DNA of 59,018 nt, the filler included, from Mustelus asterias (taxonomy: Eukaryota), in the NCBI RefSeq assembly GCF_964213995.1. It is 2 parts of 2 records of this genome, joined end to end, with 100 filler letters (N's around TTAATTAATTAA, not from the genome) between each part and the next. Parts side by side here need not be neighbours in the genome. Positions count along the whole stretch, not along the records: positions 1 to 31,312 come from NC_135829.1; 1 more part is not named here. One strand, written 5' to 3'. The notes beneath the pieces are model-generated. The model was given only the letters and a program-made list of their open reading frames with translations. It made no database searches and was not told where the DNA came from. Positions 1-12,435 of this stretch are shown in pieces. Each line of letters starts with the position of its first letter. Position 1 is the stretch's first letter. The translations under genes were made by a program, and so were the position numbers.

Positions 1-90
1 TGGGATTAGGGCCTGGGTGGGATTGCGGTCGATGCAGACTCGATGGGCTGAACGGCCTCCTCCTGCACTGTAGTGATTCTCTGGTTCTAT
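1..90 (+). mobile_element. 3' end of shark tRNA-derived SINE (HE1/V-SINE-like)
   Basis: gggcctgggtgggattg...gcagactcgatgggc...ctgcactgtag tail matches the tails of the SINE copies at 7036-7380 and 20668-20990. Confidence 0.75.
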
Positions 91-94
91 ATGG

Positions 95-480
95 GCATCA
101 CTGGCAGGACTGTTTATCATGTATCCCTAGTTAACATTGAGGCACCTTCTTGAACCACTCCAGTCAAAATCCAAGCACTCCTTTACGAACAGCACTGCTG
201 TAGGTACACCCACAGTGCTGTTCGGAAAAGAGTGCTTGGATTTTGACTCAGCGTCAATGAAGGAACAACAATATGGGTCTGAGTCAGGATGGCGTGTGGC
301 TTGGAGGTAATGTTGGTTCCACTCTTCCTACTGCCCTTGACCTTCCAGGAGGCTGCGGATACTGTTGTGGGAAATGCTGTCAAAGAATCCTGAAAAGTTC
401 CTGCGGTACAATCTGCAGAGAGTGCACACAGTGCGATGGTGTTAGGGAGAATGGGTGGTCAAGGTGGTGAATGGGCTGCA
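95..480 (-). mobile_element. Degraded LINE 3'-region fragment (old shark repeat)
   Basis: cttcttgaacc...taggtacacccacagtgctgtt motif recurs at 9540-9633 and 10299-10535; no intact ORF. Confidence 0.5.
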
Positions 481-905
481 GTAACTCCTTCCAACAAATC
501 TTACGTGTTCTAAGAATTGCACAGGGGAGAGTGTCTTGGCATATCCAATCCAGCATACCCTCTTATCTTCAGTTTAGGCTCAATTGCAAACTGTTGATGT
601 GCTGACCTTGAAAGTCATTTGGCAAATCCGCTGCCTGAACACCAAAGTTTACGGAATCTTCCTGAATATTAATTGTCAATGACCCCACTAGCTTTCCCCC
701 ACAATTCTCTCTCATTCATAAGAATGCTACTGAAGCTGTCAATGAGATTAGCAAGGGAAAGCAAAGAACCATGGGTGGTCCCAGTGGCAATGTAGGGAAC
801 GCTCTACGCTGCAAGGTTAAATGCTGTTTTGAAAATCAAGCAGCCTCTGCAAGAAGGCATTTTGAAAGCAGATAACATTTCAGAGGATAGATTGAGAATA
901 CCGGG

Positions 906-1130
906 AATCTCTGGAATTCTCTGCCCACTGAAGTGGTGGCGGCTACCTCGTTGAATATGTTTAAATCACGGATAGATGGATTCCTGATCGGTAGGGGAAT
1001 TAGGGGTTATAGGGATCAGACGGGTAAGTGGAACTGATCCACTTCAGATCAGCCATGATCTTATTGAATGGCGGGGCAGGCTCGAGGGGCTAGATGGCCT
1101 ACTCCTGCTCCTATTTCTTATGTTCTTATG
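906..1130 (+). mobile_element. CR1 LINE 3' end, 5'-truncated
   Basis: Near-identical to the 3' ends of copies at 21921-22852 and 28085-29098; ends in TTCTTATG repeats. Confidence 0.85.
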
Positions 1131-1595
1131 ACCTGGAGTTGGATAAATATGAAAGCAGCTTTAAGCTCTGTGAAGACTGACAAAACAGTGGCCTTCCTCT
1201 TGTTATCTGACACTTTCTGAAGGCAGTGCTTAGTGTGTCATTATAGAGCAATGAATAGCAGTGACTCCAGACTACCTGATCCATGGTGACGTTCTTTACA
1301 GTCCACCCTGAGGAATCAGTGCCAGCAGGCTATTCGACTGTGGAGGCCATTTCAGATTCAGAGCAGCCCGTTCAAAGGGAGGAAATCAGTGATGGGTAAG
1401 TGAAGTGGCAGCTCTGGTTTGTGCCCTCCTCTCCCCACAGACATCAGTTGTAGGATCCGCACTCCTGCAGCTAAGTTTGGCTAACAGCACAGGACAGGAA
1501 TTAGAGCCAGGATCATCCTGACCTGGTTCAACCACAACTCTTCCATCTATTCAGCCATGGAGCTACAGGGAGCTTCGAGTGGCTAATTGGAATTC

Positions 1596-3920
1596 ATAGA
1601 AACATAGAAGATAGGAGCAGGAGGCCATTTGACCCTTCGAGCCTGCTCCGCCATTCATCACGATCATGGCTGATTGTCCAACTCAATAGCCTAATCCTGC
1701 TTTCTCCCCATAACCTTTGATCCCATTCGCCCCAAGTGCTCTATCCAGCTGCCTCTTGAATACATTCAATGTTTTGGCATCAACTCTTCCTGTGGTAATG
1801 AATTCCACAGACTCACCACTCTCTGGGTGAAGAAATGTCTCCTCATCTCCGTCCTAAATGGTCTACCCCGAATCCTCAGACTGTGACCCCTGGTTCTGGA
1901 CTCCCCCACCATCGGGAACATCCTCCCTGCATCTACCCTGTCTAGTCCTGTTAGAATTTTATAAGTCTCTATGAGATCCCCCCTCATTCGTTTGAACTCC
2001 AAGAAAAACAATCCTAACCTAGTCAATCTCTCCTCATACATCAGTCCTGCCATCCCAGGAATCAGCCTGGTAAACCTTCGCTGCACTCCCTCAAGAGCAA
2101 GAACATCCTTCCTCAGAGAAGGAGACCAAAACTGCACACAATGCTCGAGGTGTGGCCTCACCAAGGCTCTTTATAATTACAACAACACATCCCTGCTCCT
2201 GTACTCGAAACCTCTCGCAATGAAAGCCAACACACCATTTGCCTTCTTTACCGCCTGCTGCACCTGCATGCTTACCTTCAGTGACTGGTGTACAAGGACA
2301 TCCAGGTCCTTCTGCACCCTCCCCTCTCCCAATTTACAGCCATTCAGGTAATAATCTGCCTTCTTGTTTTTGCTTTGAAAGTGAATAACCTCACATTTAT
2401 CCAAATTATACTGCATCTGCCATTGATTTGCCCACTCACCCAACCTGTCCAGATCATTCTGAAGGATCTCTGCATCCTTGTCACAGTTCACCCTCCCACA
2501 CAACTTGGTATCATCTGCAAACTTTGAGATGTAACATTTTGTTCCCTCATCCAAATCATTAGTATATATTGTGAATAGCTGGGGTCCCAGCACCGATCCC
2601 TGTGGCACCCCACTAGTTACTGCCTGCCAATTTGAAAAGCACCTATTAATTCCTACTCTTTGTTTATTCTCTGCCAACCAATTTTCTATCCATCTCAATA
2701 CACTTCCCCCAATCCCATGCGCTTTAATCTTGCACAATAATCTCTTACGTGGGACTTTGTCAAACGCTTTCTGAAAGTCCAAGTATTCCACATCGATTGG
2801 CTCCCCCTTGTCAACTCTACTAGTTACATCTTCAAAGAATTCCAACAGATTTGTCAAGCATGATTTCCCCTTCATAAATCCATGCTGACTCTGTCTGATC
2901 CTGCCACTGCTTTCTAAATGCTCTGCTATAAAGTCCTTGATAATGGATTCGAGAATTTTCCCCACTACCGATGTTAAGCTTACTGGTCTATAAATTCCCT
3001 GTTTTCTCTCTACCTCCCTTTTTGAATATTGGAGTGACATTATCTACCCTCCAATCTACAGGGAGTGTTCCAGAGTCTATAGAATCCTGGAAGATGACCA
3101 CCAATGCATCCATTATTTCTACAGCCACTTCCTTAAATACTCCATGTAGACTATCAGGCCCCTGGGATAAGTCCGCCTCGTACAGCTAGATTGGCAATGA
3201 TTCCCAAGCCAGTAGCCAGTCTAAGCTGGCCTGCTCTCTAGTTGGTTCCTCCACATATTGGTCAAGAAAACCATCCCGTATACACTCCAGGAATTCCTCC
3301 TCTACGTCATTGAGGCTAATTTGATTTGCCTAATCTATGTGCAGATTAAAATCACCCATGATCACCGATATTCCCTTATCATATGCATCTCTAATTTCGT
3401 ATTTAATGCCATTCCCAACATCACCAATGCAGTTTGGGGATCTATATATGACACCCACTAATGTTTTTTGTCCCCCTCCGGTATTTCTCAACTCTACCCA
3501 TACAGACTCCACGTTGTCAGAGCTGATATCCTTTCGCACTATTATGTTAATTTCCTCTTTAACCAGCCATGCCACTCCACCACCTTTTCCTTTATGCCTG
3601 TCCTTCCTAAATACTGAATACCCTGGGTCATTTAATTCCCACCCCTGGTCACCCTGCAGCCATGTCTCCGTAGTCCCAATTATATTGTACCCATTTACCG
3701 CTATCTGTGTGATTAGTTCATCCACTTTATTGCAAATACTCTGCACATTAAGGCACAGAGCCTTTAAGCTTGTCTTTTTAATATTATTTGCCTTGCTCCC
3801 GATATTTTTCTCTATAGCCCTGTTTGAATTTTGTCCTTGGTTTCTCTGTCCTTTTCTACCTTTTGTTTTTGTCCTTGCTCCTTCCTTCTCTGACTCCTTA
3901 CATAGGTTCCCATCCCCAGC
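1596..3920 (-). mobile_element. CR1 LINE ORF2 remnant (AP endonuclease + reverse transcriptase, internally deleted, frameshifted)
   Basis: ORF 3330-3983 has APE motifs (ETWL, GGGVA, MGDFN); ORF 2177-3040 has RT motifs (YLDFQKAFDKV, GVPQGSVLGP, KFADDTK); ORF 1766-2164 has the CR1 C-terminus (VRPHLEHCVQFWSP, RGHSLR, FFTQRVV). Confidence 0.92.
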
Positions 3921-4049
3921 ATATTCATTTAAAAACCTCCCCAACTGCTCCAGCAAACAGTCCCACAAGGGGATTAATTCCAATGAATACAGTTGATTGA
4001 ATTGCTAAATGGCTTCTGCCCTTTTCTCTGCAATAAGATTTCAGGTTAT

Positions 4050-4172
4050 AGGGTGGAATTTTCCTGTCCCACCCGCTATGGGAATTGTAGAGGACGGGAC
4101 AGGACCATGCAAAGGTCTCTTGACCTCGGGCGGGATTTTCCGGTCTTTGGGCGAGTGCGGCCGGAAAATCGA
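4050..4172. mobile_element. GC-rich MITE-like element
   Basis: gg(a)attttcc...gaaaatc termini; similar to 16510-16775 and 19560-19660. Confidence 0.5.
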
Positions 4173-4204
4173 GCCTATAGGCCTTTGAACCCTGGTAAAA
4201 GTGG

Positions 4205-4502
4205 AATCAGAATCAGTGCAGAAGTAGGCCATTCAGCCCATCAACTCTGCATGGACTCTACAACAGAACATCCCACCCAGACCCGAACCCTATATAACCC
4301 CACATATTTACCCCACTAATCCCCATAACCTACAAATCATGGGACCTTAAGGGGCAATTGTGGGAGGAAACCAGAGCACCCGGAGGAAACCCACGCAGAC
4401 ACGGGGAGAACGTGCAGGCTCCACACAAGACAGACACCCAAGGCCGGAATTGAACCTGGTCCCTGGTGCTGTGAGGCAGCGGTGCTAACCACCGTGTTAC
4501 CC
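4205..4502 (-). mobile_element. Shark tRNA/V-SINE
   Basis: Reverse complement of SINE head (tggttagcac A-box, ggttcaattcc B-box) and V-domain (gggtttcctccgggtgctc). Confidence 0.8.
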
Positions 4503-4739
4503 TTAAAATAATGGTTTAATGATTACCATTACTGAGACTAGGTTTCAGTTCCAAATGTTAGTAATTAAATTTAAATTTCACCAGCTGCCAGTCCTCAGAG
4601 CATTAGCCTGGCTCTCTAGATTACAAGTTCATTGACATTACCACTACACTGCCATCTCCTTCTATGAAGAAATGCTCAAATTACTTATCCATTCTTCCTA
4701 CTTTTAAAATAGAAAATCTATGTTCAACTACAACACTGT

Positions 4740-5052
4740 TTAAAAAGTTTAGTTTATTTATTAGTGGCACAAGTAGGCTTACATTAACACTGCAACGAAG
4801 TTACTGTGAAAATCCCCTAGTCGCCACACTCCGGCGCCTGTTCGGGTACACTGAGAGAGAATTTAGCTCAGCCAACGCACCTAAGCAGCACGTCTTTCAG
4901 ACTGTGGGAGGAACCGGAGCACCCGGAGGAAACCCATGCAGACACGGGGAGAACATGCAGACTTCGCACAGGCAGTGACCAAGCCGGGAATCGTACCTGG
5001 CTCCCTGACTCTGAGAGGCAGCAGTGCTAACCACTGTGCCATCGTGCCACCC
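4740..5052 (-). mobile_element. Shark tRNA/V-SINE, variant with aataaataaac tail
   Basis: Same structure as 17015-17330; pol III head at the right end. Confidence 0.8.
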
Positions 5053-5479
5053 TACTGAATGGCCAATAAGAGGATACACAATGGCAGTTCCACGATGCCA
5101 GTAATAGGACTGCATTTCCAGGGAATGCAATTCAGAGCATCAGCACCTTGCATTTACAGCCGAATAGTCAAACTGATGGATTTGAAATCTATCGGGATTT
5201 TCCAACATACGTTCAAATCCTGCCGATTGTGCTTACAGCATCAAGGCGATAATCAAATCCATCACCCAAGCTTCCTGCGAACGGGAATGCGGGACGACCA
5301 AGGGCTGATTCCGAACATGTTTAAATTAGTCTTGTTGTCATGTTTGGCACTGCATTGCATTTCACAAGCGTCCAGTACGCATCCTTGATTTTTGAAAAAG
5401 ACATGTTTCAAAAGTTACTGAAATGTTGGGGACCAGTACTTTTCCCCCTAAAAATTAAACCAAAGCATAGGCGGTAATG

Positions 5480-5686
5480 GGACAAATCACTGCGGATGCT
5501 GGAATCTAAAACCAAAAGAGAAAAGGCTGGAAAATCTCAGCAGGTCTGGCAGCATCTGTAAGGAGAGGAAAGAGCTGATGTTTCGAGTCCAGATGACCCT
5601 TTGTCGAAGCTTTGACAAAGGGTCATCTGGACGTGAAACGTCAGCTCTTTTCTCTCCTTACAGATGCTGCCAGACCTGTTGAGATA
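5480..5686. mobile_element. Penelope-like element terminal-repeat fragments in inverted orientation (76-bp-arm palindrome)
   Basis: 5534-5609 is the near-exact reverse complement of 5610-5685; each arm has a degenerate hammerhead-like ...GACAAAGGGTCATCTGGACNNGAAAC. Confidence 0.65.
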
Positions 5687-6652
5687 ACGGGACGTCTGGG
5701 CAACGTCATTTCACAATAACAAATTGCAACAGAAATTGTAATCCTGGGGTGAGATCTGCAACTTGTAAACACTCTCATTTGCAGAGTCTGATAGAACAGG
5801 TTTCTGTTTGGATTTTATCTCCCTGACGGCAGGTGTCAAGGCCAGAACAACCTGTTGTTGATCACTAGACAGGACGGAGCCAAAACAATAGCAAACAGCA
5901 AGAGAAGCCCTGAATGGTTCCTTAACCCAGGGATAACCCTTTCAGCTCACCTTTGTCTGCTATTAGGTAACTCTGTACAAACTGGGAATAAACCCAGAGC
6001 CTTTCTGCTCTGTGTACAGAGTGGTGTTGTTGCTCACTAAGCAGGCAGGGGAGGTCCGTGATCGTTATATTAAAATATCAGCTCCTTTTGATAGCTGACT
6101 TTTTAAAAAGAAAACAAGAACCAAGTTGGGTTTTAAGACGTTGCCGGTGTCAATTATCCAGGGCAAAGTAGCTTATTGACCAACTTAAACGTTCACTCTC
6201 TCCGCCACCAGTGTGGGAGTCGTGGCTACCACATGCCCTGCAGCAACTCACCAAGGTTCCTTCAGCAGCACCTCACAAATCCCTGAGTTCCACAACGTAG
6301 AAGGACAAGGTTAGCTGATTATTGTGAGGGGTTACAGGAATAGGGTGGGGGAAAGGGCCTATCGGAGAATCAGTGCAGCCTTGATGGGCCGAATGGCCTC
6401 TTCTGCACTGTATGAATTCTATGATTCTATTCTATGATAAGGGCAGAAAGGCAACACTACCTGAAAGTCGCACACTATCTCCATTTTGACTTTAACCACT
6501 GTTCCTTTATCATTGCTGGGTCAAAATCCTTGAGCTCTCACTTTCACCGCACTGACTGCAGCGCTTCTCGTGAGAAACTAGCAATATTTATGCTGGCCTT
6601 ATCAGTGACATCTATAGACAGAGCGTGGCATTAAAAAAACAATTATTCTCAC

Positions 6653-6780
6653 CTGAACCCGAGCCCTGACCACATCCATCGGATTGGTGAGTGTAGATGC
6701 AGTGACTGCTGCCATTGGTCCAGCGATCCCCTGAAGGAGCAGATGAGGACAGTCATTGGGAACTAGTTTTGATAGCTGCT
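6653..6780 (-). CDS. SLC25A44: SLC25A44(-like) mitochondrial carrier, second coding exon (128 nt)
   Basis: Acceptor tattacAG|AGCAG (6782-6781), donor CAG|GTGAGA (6652); encodes EQLSKLVPNDCPHLLLQGIAGPMAAVTASTLTNPMDVVRARVQ with carrier signature PxDxxR; phase matches the previous exon. Confidence 0.92.
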
Positions 6781-6919
6781 CTGTAATACAGACACAAGTC
6801 AAGGGGTCAATGGTTAGATGCACACAATCAGAGGATTTTACACTCAGCTACCTTACACTAATATCACAAGCATATGACAGGTTTATACGTGGACTTTGTA
6901 AATTGCAATAGGTAACATG

Positions 6920-7397
6920 TTGGGGGTACACTGGGGGAGAATTTAGCACAGCCAATGAACCTAACCAGCACGTCTTTCAGATGATGGGAGGAAACCCACG
7001 CAGACACGGGGAGAACGTGCAGACTCCACACACGGTATGGCACGGTAGCACAGTGGTTAGCACTGCTGCTTCACAGCTCCAGGGACCTGGGTTCAATTCC
7101 CAGCTTGGGTAACTGTCTGTGTGGAGTTTGCACATTCTCCTCATGTCTGCGTGGGTTTCCTCCGGGTGCTCCGGTTTCCTCCCACAGTCCAAAGATGTGC
7201 AGGTTAGGTTGATTGGCCATGCTAAAATTGCCCCTTAGAGTCCTGAGATGTGTAGGTTAGAGGGATTAGTGGGTAAAAGATGTAGGGATATGGGGATAGG
7301 GCCTGGGTGGGATTGTGGTCGGTGCAGACTCGATGGGCCGAAGGCCCTCTTTCTGCACTGTAGGGTATCTATCTATCTATTTACAGGCAGTGACCCC
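6920..7397. mobile_element. Nested SINEs: plus-strand copy (about 7036-7380) inside a minus-strand copy
   Basis: Minus-strand SINE breaks at ...gcagactccacaca and resumes at caggcagtgaccc after a full plus-strand SINE. Confidence 0.7.
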
Positions 7398-7990
7398 TGG
7401 TGAGGCCACACCTGGAGTACTGTGTACAGTTTTGGTCTCCTTACTTGAGAAAGGATATACTGGCACTGGAGGGGGTGCAGAGGAGATTCACTAGGTTGAT
7501 TCTGGAGTTGAGAGGGTTGGCTCATGAGGAGAGACTGAGTAGACTGGGGCTATACTCTTTGGAATTCAGAAGAATGAGTGGAGATCTTATAGAAACATAT
7601 AAGATTATGAAGGGAATAGACAAGATAGAAGCAGGGAAGTTGTTTTCCACTGGCGGGTGAAACTAGAACTAGGGGGCATAGCCTCAAAATAAGGGGGAGC
7701 AGATTTAGGACTGAGTTGAGGAGGAACTTCTTCACACAAAGGGTTGTGAATGTGTGGAATTCCCTGCCCAGTGAAGCAGTTGAGGCTCCCCACCCTATCC
7801 CCATGTATTTACCATGGCCAATATCCCTGACACTAAGGGACAATTTAGCATGGCCAATCAACCTAACCCGCACATCTTTGGACTGTGGGAGGAAACTGGG
7901 GCACCCGGAGGAAACCCACGCAGTCACAGGGAGAATGTGCAGACTCCACACAGACAGTGACCCAAACTGGGAATTGAACCGTGCCGCCCT
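7397..7990. mobile_element. CR1 fragment (+, 7397-7790) fused to SINE fragment (-, 7790-7990)
   Basis: [22 protein letters not shown]...; SINE V-domain follows in reverse. Confidence 0.8.
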
Positions 7991-8279
7991 GCTGAAGAGC
8001 AGGAGTTGTTTTCGATTTTATTACATTCATTCTGATGAAAAGTAATGTAGTAAAGTGAAGTTAAAAGTAAAGTTTGACCTGAACAGGTGCCGGAGTGTGG
8101 TGACTCGGGGAATTTCACAGTAACTTCACTGCAGTGTTAATGTAAGCCTTACTTGTAACTGATAAATAAACTAATACCAAGTTACACAGTTTGTTAAAAA
8201 AAACTCTTTCCAGTATGTTTATAAGGTGGAATGGTAGCAGCTAAGGACATGACAAGGAGAGATCTATAGCCTCACATAC

Positions 8280-8901
8280 CTGCATAGAAGTGATAGAAAG
8301 GCCACCACACCGCACTGTTGGGAATGTATGTCATCAAGGAGGCTAGGTATCCTCTGTAAAACCCCTTTGGTCCGTCAATCCTGAAAATCTGAGTGATAAC
8401 CTCCTGTGTATGTCCGAATACTCGGTTGTATTTCCCCTCAGTTGACGACAGCTTGAACCTGCCCAGGTTCCCTGCATGGCCCGCCACCATCAGGTGCTGA
8501 GAAATGATATCAATGGGCACGATTATGCTCTGTGCCACAAGCGACGCTGCGCCTCCCGCTACAAGCGACTTAATGGCGTTACTATTGCTGTACTCGGACA
8601 CGTACACACGTACCAGCTCGTAAGTAGTAATGTACCCTTGGCCAGAGATCAGGGTCAACGTGTTCAGTGGAAAGCCTCTGTAAAGTCCTCGTACACCCTC
8701 AGCTTGTAGGATTTTAAAGAACGCATCAACAGTGCCGAGATAATGACTCTTCCCCTTTTGTACCTGAAGTCTTGTCCGGATCAGTGCGGCTGGGTATACC
8801 GTAAGCCGCAGTGACAGAGCCATAACAGCCCCAATACAGTAGAATTTTTTCTTGTCCAGGTCGTTCCATTCTATTATCTGAACATTTCGCTTCTCTTGCA
8901 T
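8280..8901 (-). CDS. SLC25A44: SLC25A44(-like) mitochondrial carrier, first coding exon
   Basis: MQEKRNVQIIEWNDLDKKKFY...YPAALIRTRLQVQKGKS...VPIDIISQHLM...YIPNSAVWWPFYHFYA matches recalled SLC25A44; acceptor ttttgcAG at 8941-8940 (exon starts 8939, so a noncoding exon lies upstream); donor G|GTATGT at 8279. Confidence 0.95.
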
Positions 8902-9633
8902 CTTTTTGGGTCACAGTTGCTCCTCAAGTCCACAGTAATCTGCAAAAGTTCAGGAAGGATACTCAGTTTCAGAACTGTTTTACAAGTTACAAAATTATTT
9001 TCTTCCCAGAATGTACACAAAATTTAGCGTGCGGATAGAGAATTGGACTGTCCCCTCTCTTCCAGGTACATGAACTCTCCCATCAATATGTGTAATTTGA
9101 ACAACCCCCCAAGTTAACCAAAACAGCGCATTATCTCACATGATGAGAAATATAAGACATGGCTTGCTCCTACAGATGTCCCCCACACGAATACTTTCTC
9201 CCCCTCCTGTGTTGCTCGAGGCCACTGGGAAAATTTCATGAGAGGCTTGGCCATTCTAAAAGGGCAGTGAATTGAGATAGAAAGTGAAAATAGTCTATTC
9301 AACTCTGAACGACATCATTGCCATACTGATCTTGTCCAAATTCAAGAGTTTTCCAGCACAGCAATTGTAGGCAATGAACTGATTAGCAAACCCCTCTTTT
9401 CTTGTTTCTCACTAACCCAGGAATTGACTGTAGTCTTCAGGTTATATACACACCATTCACTGTGACTACACAGGCCGATTCATTTGTTCCCTACTGCAGT
9501 AGCACCACAACTTCCTGATGCTAAGACATTGGGTTCAATGGTCCATCCCTAATCGAGCTCGAGAAGCTGGTGGTGAGCTGTCTTCTTGAACTGCTGCAGT
9601 CCATGTGGTGTAGGTACACCCACAGTGCTGTTA

Positions 9634-10298
9634 ATGGGGACGAAGTAGAAAGGGTCGAGAGCTTCAAGTTTTTAGGCGTCCAGATCACCAACAACCCGTC
9701 TTGGTCCCCCCCATGCCGACACTATAGTTAAGCCCACCAACACCTCCACTTTCTCAGAAGACTAAGGAAATCTGGCATGTCAGCTACGACTCTAACGAAC
9801 TTTTACAGATGCACCATAGAAAGTATTCTTTCTGGTTGCATCACAGCTTGGTATGGTTCCTGCTCTGCCCAAGACCGCAAGGGACTACAAAAGGTCGTGA
9901 AGGTAGCCCAATCCATCACGCAAACCAGCCTCCCATCCATTAACTCTGTCTACACTTCCTGCTGCCTCGGCAAAGCAGCCAGCATAATTAAGGTCCCCAC
10001 ACACCCCTGACATTCTCTCTTCCACCTTCTTCTGTCGGGAAAAAGATACAAAAGTCTGAGGTCACGTACCAACCGACTCAAGAACAGCTTCTTCCCTGCT
10101 GCTGTCAGACTTTTGAATGGACTTACCTTGCATTAAGTTGATCTTTCTCTACACCCTAGCTATGACTGTAACACTACATTCTGCACTCTCTCGTTTCCTT
10201 CTCTATGAATGGTATGCTTTGTCTGTATAGCATGCAAGAAACAATACTTTTCACTGTATACTAATACATGTGACAATAATAAATCAAATCAAATCAAA
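9634..10298 (+). mobile_element. Rex-Babar-type LINE 3' fragment
   Basis: GDEVERVESFKFLGVQIT...FYRCTIESILSGCITAWYGSCSAQDRK; ends aataataaatcaaatcaaatcaaa; inserted into an older repeat. Confidence 0.8.
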
Positions 10299-10535
10299 AG
10301 TTAGGGAGGGTGTTCCAGGATTGTCCTTGGACATCAGTCAGTCCATGTGGCGTAGGTGCGCCCACAGTGCTGTTAGGAAGGGTGTTCCAGGATTGTCCTT
10401 GGACATCAGTCAGTCCATGTGGTGTAGGTACACCCACAGTGCTGTTAGGGAGGGAGTTCCAGGATTGTTATTGGACATCAGTCAGTCCATGTGGTGTAGG
10501 TACACCCAATGATGCTGTTAGGGGGCGTTCCAGGA
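10299..10535. repeat. About 65-bp tandem repeat (3-4 copies) derived from LINE sequence
   Basis: gttagggagggtgttccaggattgtccttggacatcagtcagtccatgtggtgtaggtacacccacagtgct repeated. Confidence 0.8.
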
Positions 10536-10699
10536 AAGGTTGCCAGACAGACAACGAGAGCAACCACCCATCTCTCCCTTGTGTACAATGTGAACTAACC
10601 CACTCACATCCACAAAAAAGGTAGGCCAGTCCTACACACCTCTGTCTGACTATTCACACCCTGAAGTAGAACTATAGACCCAAGTACAGCTAAACCACT

Positions 10700-11280
10700 G
10701 AGGATTTGAATATAGGAAGAGAGATGTTTTGCTGCAACTGTATTGGTGAGGCCACACCTCAAGTACTATGTGCAATTTTGGGGGTCCTGATCGGAGGAAG
10801 GATGCCCTTGCTATAGAGGGAGATTTGCCAGGCCGATTCCTGGGAATGACACATCTGTCATATGAGGAGAGAGTGTCAGTTAGGATGATATTCACTGGAG
10901 TTTAGAAGAATGAGAGGGGAATCTCACAGAAACTTATAAAATTCTAACAGGGTTAGACAGGGTGGATTCAAAAAGAATGTTCCCGATAGTGGGGGAGTCC
11001 AGAATTAGGGGTCATAGTTTGAGGATAAGGGGTAAACTTTTTAGGACTGAGGTGAGGAGAAATTTCTTCACCCAGAGGGTGTTGAATGTGTGGAATTCAC
11101 TCCTGCAGAAAGTAGTTGAGGCCAAAACATTGTCTGATTTCAGGAAGAAATTAGATATAGCTCTTGGGGCGGGGCAGGGAAATCAGGATATTGAATTTGA
11201 TGATCAGCCATGATCAAAATGAATGGCAGAGCAGAATTGAAGGGCCGAATGGCCTCCTCCTGCTTCTAGTTTCTGTTTCT
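10700..11280 (+). mobile_element. Degraded CR1 3' fragment
   Basis: RMFPIVGESRIRGHSLRIRG...FFTQRVLNVWNSL. Confidence 0.85.
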
Positions 11281-12235
11281 AATTGTGGACCCTGTAGTAA
11301 ATGTCATTAAGTGTGCTTCTGCACCCACAGAGAAACCAGTGTTCATTGCTTCTCTTAAAAGCATTTTCAAATCAAAATGTTTGCACAGCATGCTAAATGT
11401 TTGATTTCTAAAATAAAAGCTAGCACGACTGAGCAATGTTGCTAACTGTTCCCCTACTCCAGCCAATGAACCCTGCAGCAATAGGCATTCAGACACCACA
11501 TGGTCCACATCAAGAACAGGATATGAAAGGAGAATCTGCAGGCTTTTTCACTAAGGTTGTCGGTTCATGTGATGCTCTTTCTGACAGAGTAAATCTTTAA
11601 TGTGGAAAGAATTTCCCCCGTTCGGATTTTCTATTTATTCATTCTTGTGATGCCGGCAATTTGTCGCCTGACTCAAGTTAAACTTGCAAAGGATGTGCTG
11701 AGCTGCTTTGCCGAGCTGCTGTGGTCCATCGGGTACTCCCTCACCAGTCCCCGGCCATCACAATCCTCCCCTCGCCATCCCTCCACACCCCCGTCCCTCC
11801 CAGATTCCAATCCCCCCTCTATCCTGCACCCTTCTCTTCCCCATTCCAACACCGCCCCCCTGCCCCCACTCCATTCAATCCACCTTCCCCCACCAAACAC
11901 CCCCAATCCTCTCTCCTCCAATCCCCGGCCCACTTCCCCACCAATCCCCCCTCCCCCATGGAGCCCCACCGACTCAGCCCCCCATTAATCCCTCCTCCTC
12001 GTCACCCCCATCAATCCCCCCTCCCCCCACCCACCCATCCCCTCCCCCCCACCCCCCCTCCCCCCCACCCACTCACCCATCCCCCCTCCTCCTCCTCCTC
12101 CCCCCCACCCACCCCCCCTCCCCACCCATCCTCCTCCTCGTCACCCCCATCAATCCCCCCTCCCGCCACCCACCCATCCCCTCCTCCTCCCCACCCACCC
12201 ACCCCCCCTTCCCCCCCACCCATCCCTCCCCCCCT

Positions 12236-12435
12236 NNNNNNNNNNNNNNNNNNNNNNNNNNNNNNNNNNNNNNNNNNNNNNNNNNNNNNNNNNNNNNNNN
12301 NNNNNNNNNNNNNNNNNNNNNNNNNNNNNNNNNNNNNNNNNNNNNNNNNNNNNNNNNNNNNNNNNNNNNNNNNNNNNNNNNNNNNNNNNNNNNNNNNNNN
12401 NNNNNNNNNNNNNNNNNNNNNNNNNNNNNNNNNNN
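12236..12435. other. Assembly gap (200 N) preceded by about 500 bp of C-rich low-complexity sequence
   Basis: Run of exactly 200 N. Confidence 0.98.

Noticed and set aside
1-6600. Final SLC25A44 exon
   Set aside because: No VEGK...RHW-like coding segment found by eye; presumably left of the window
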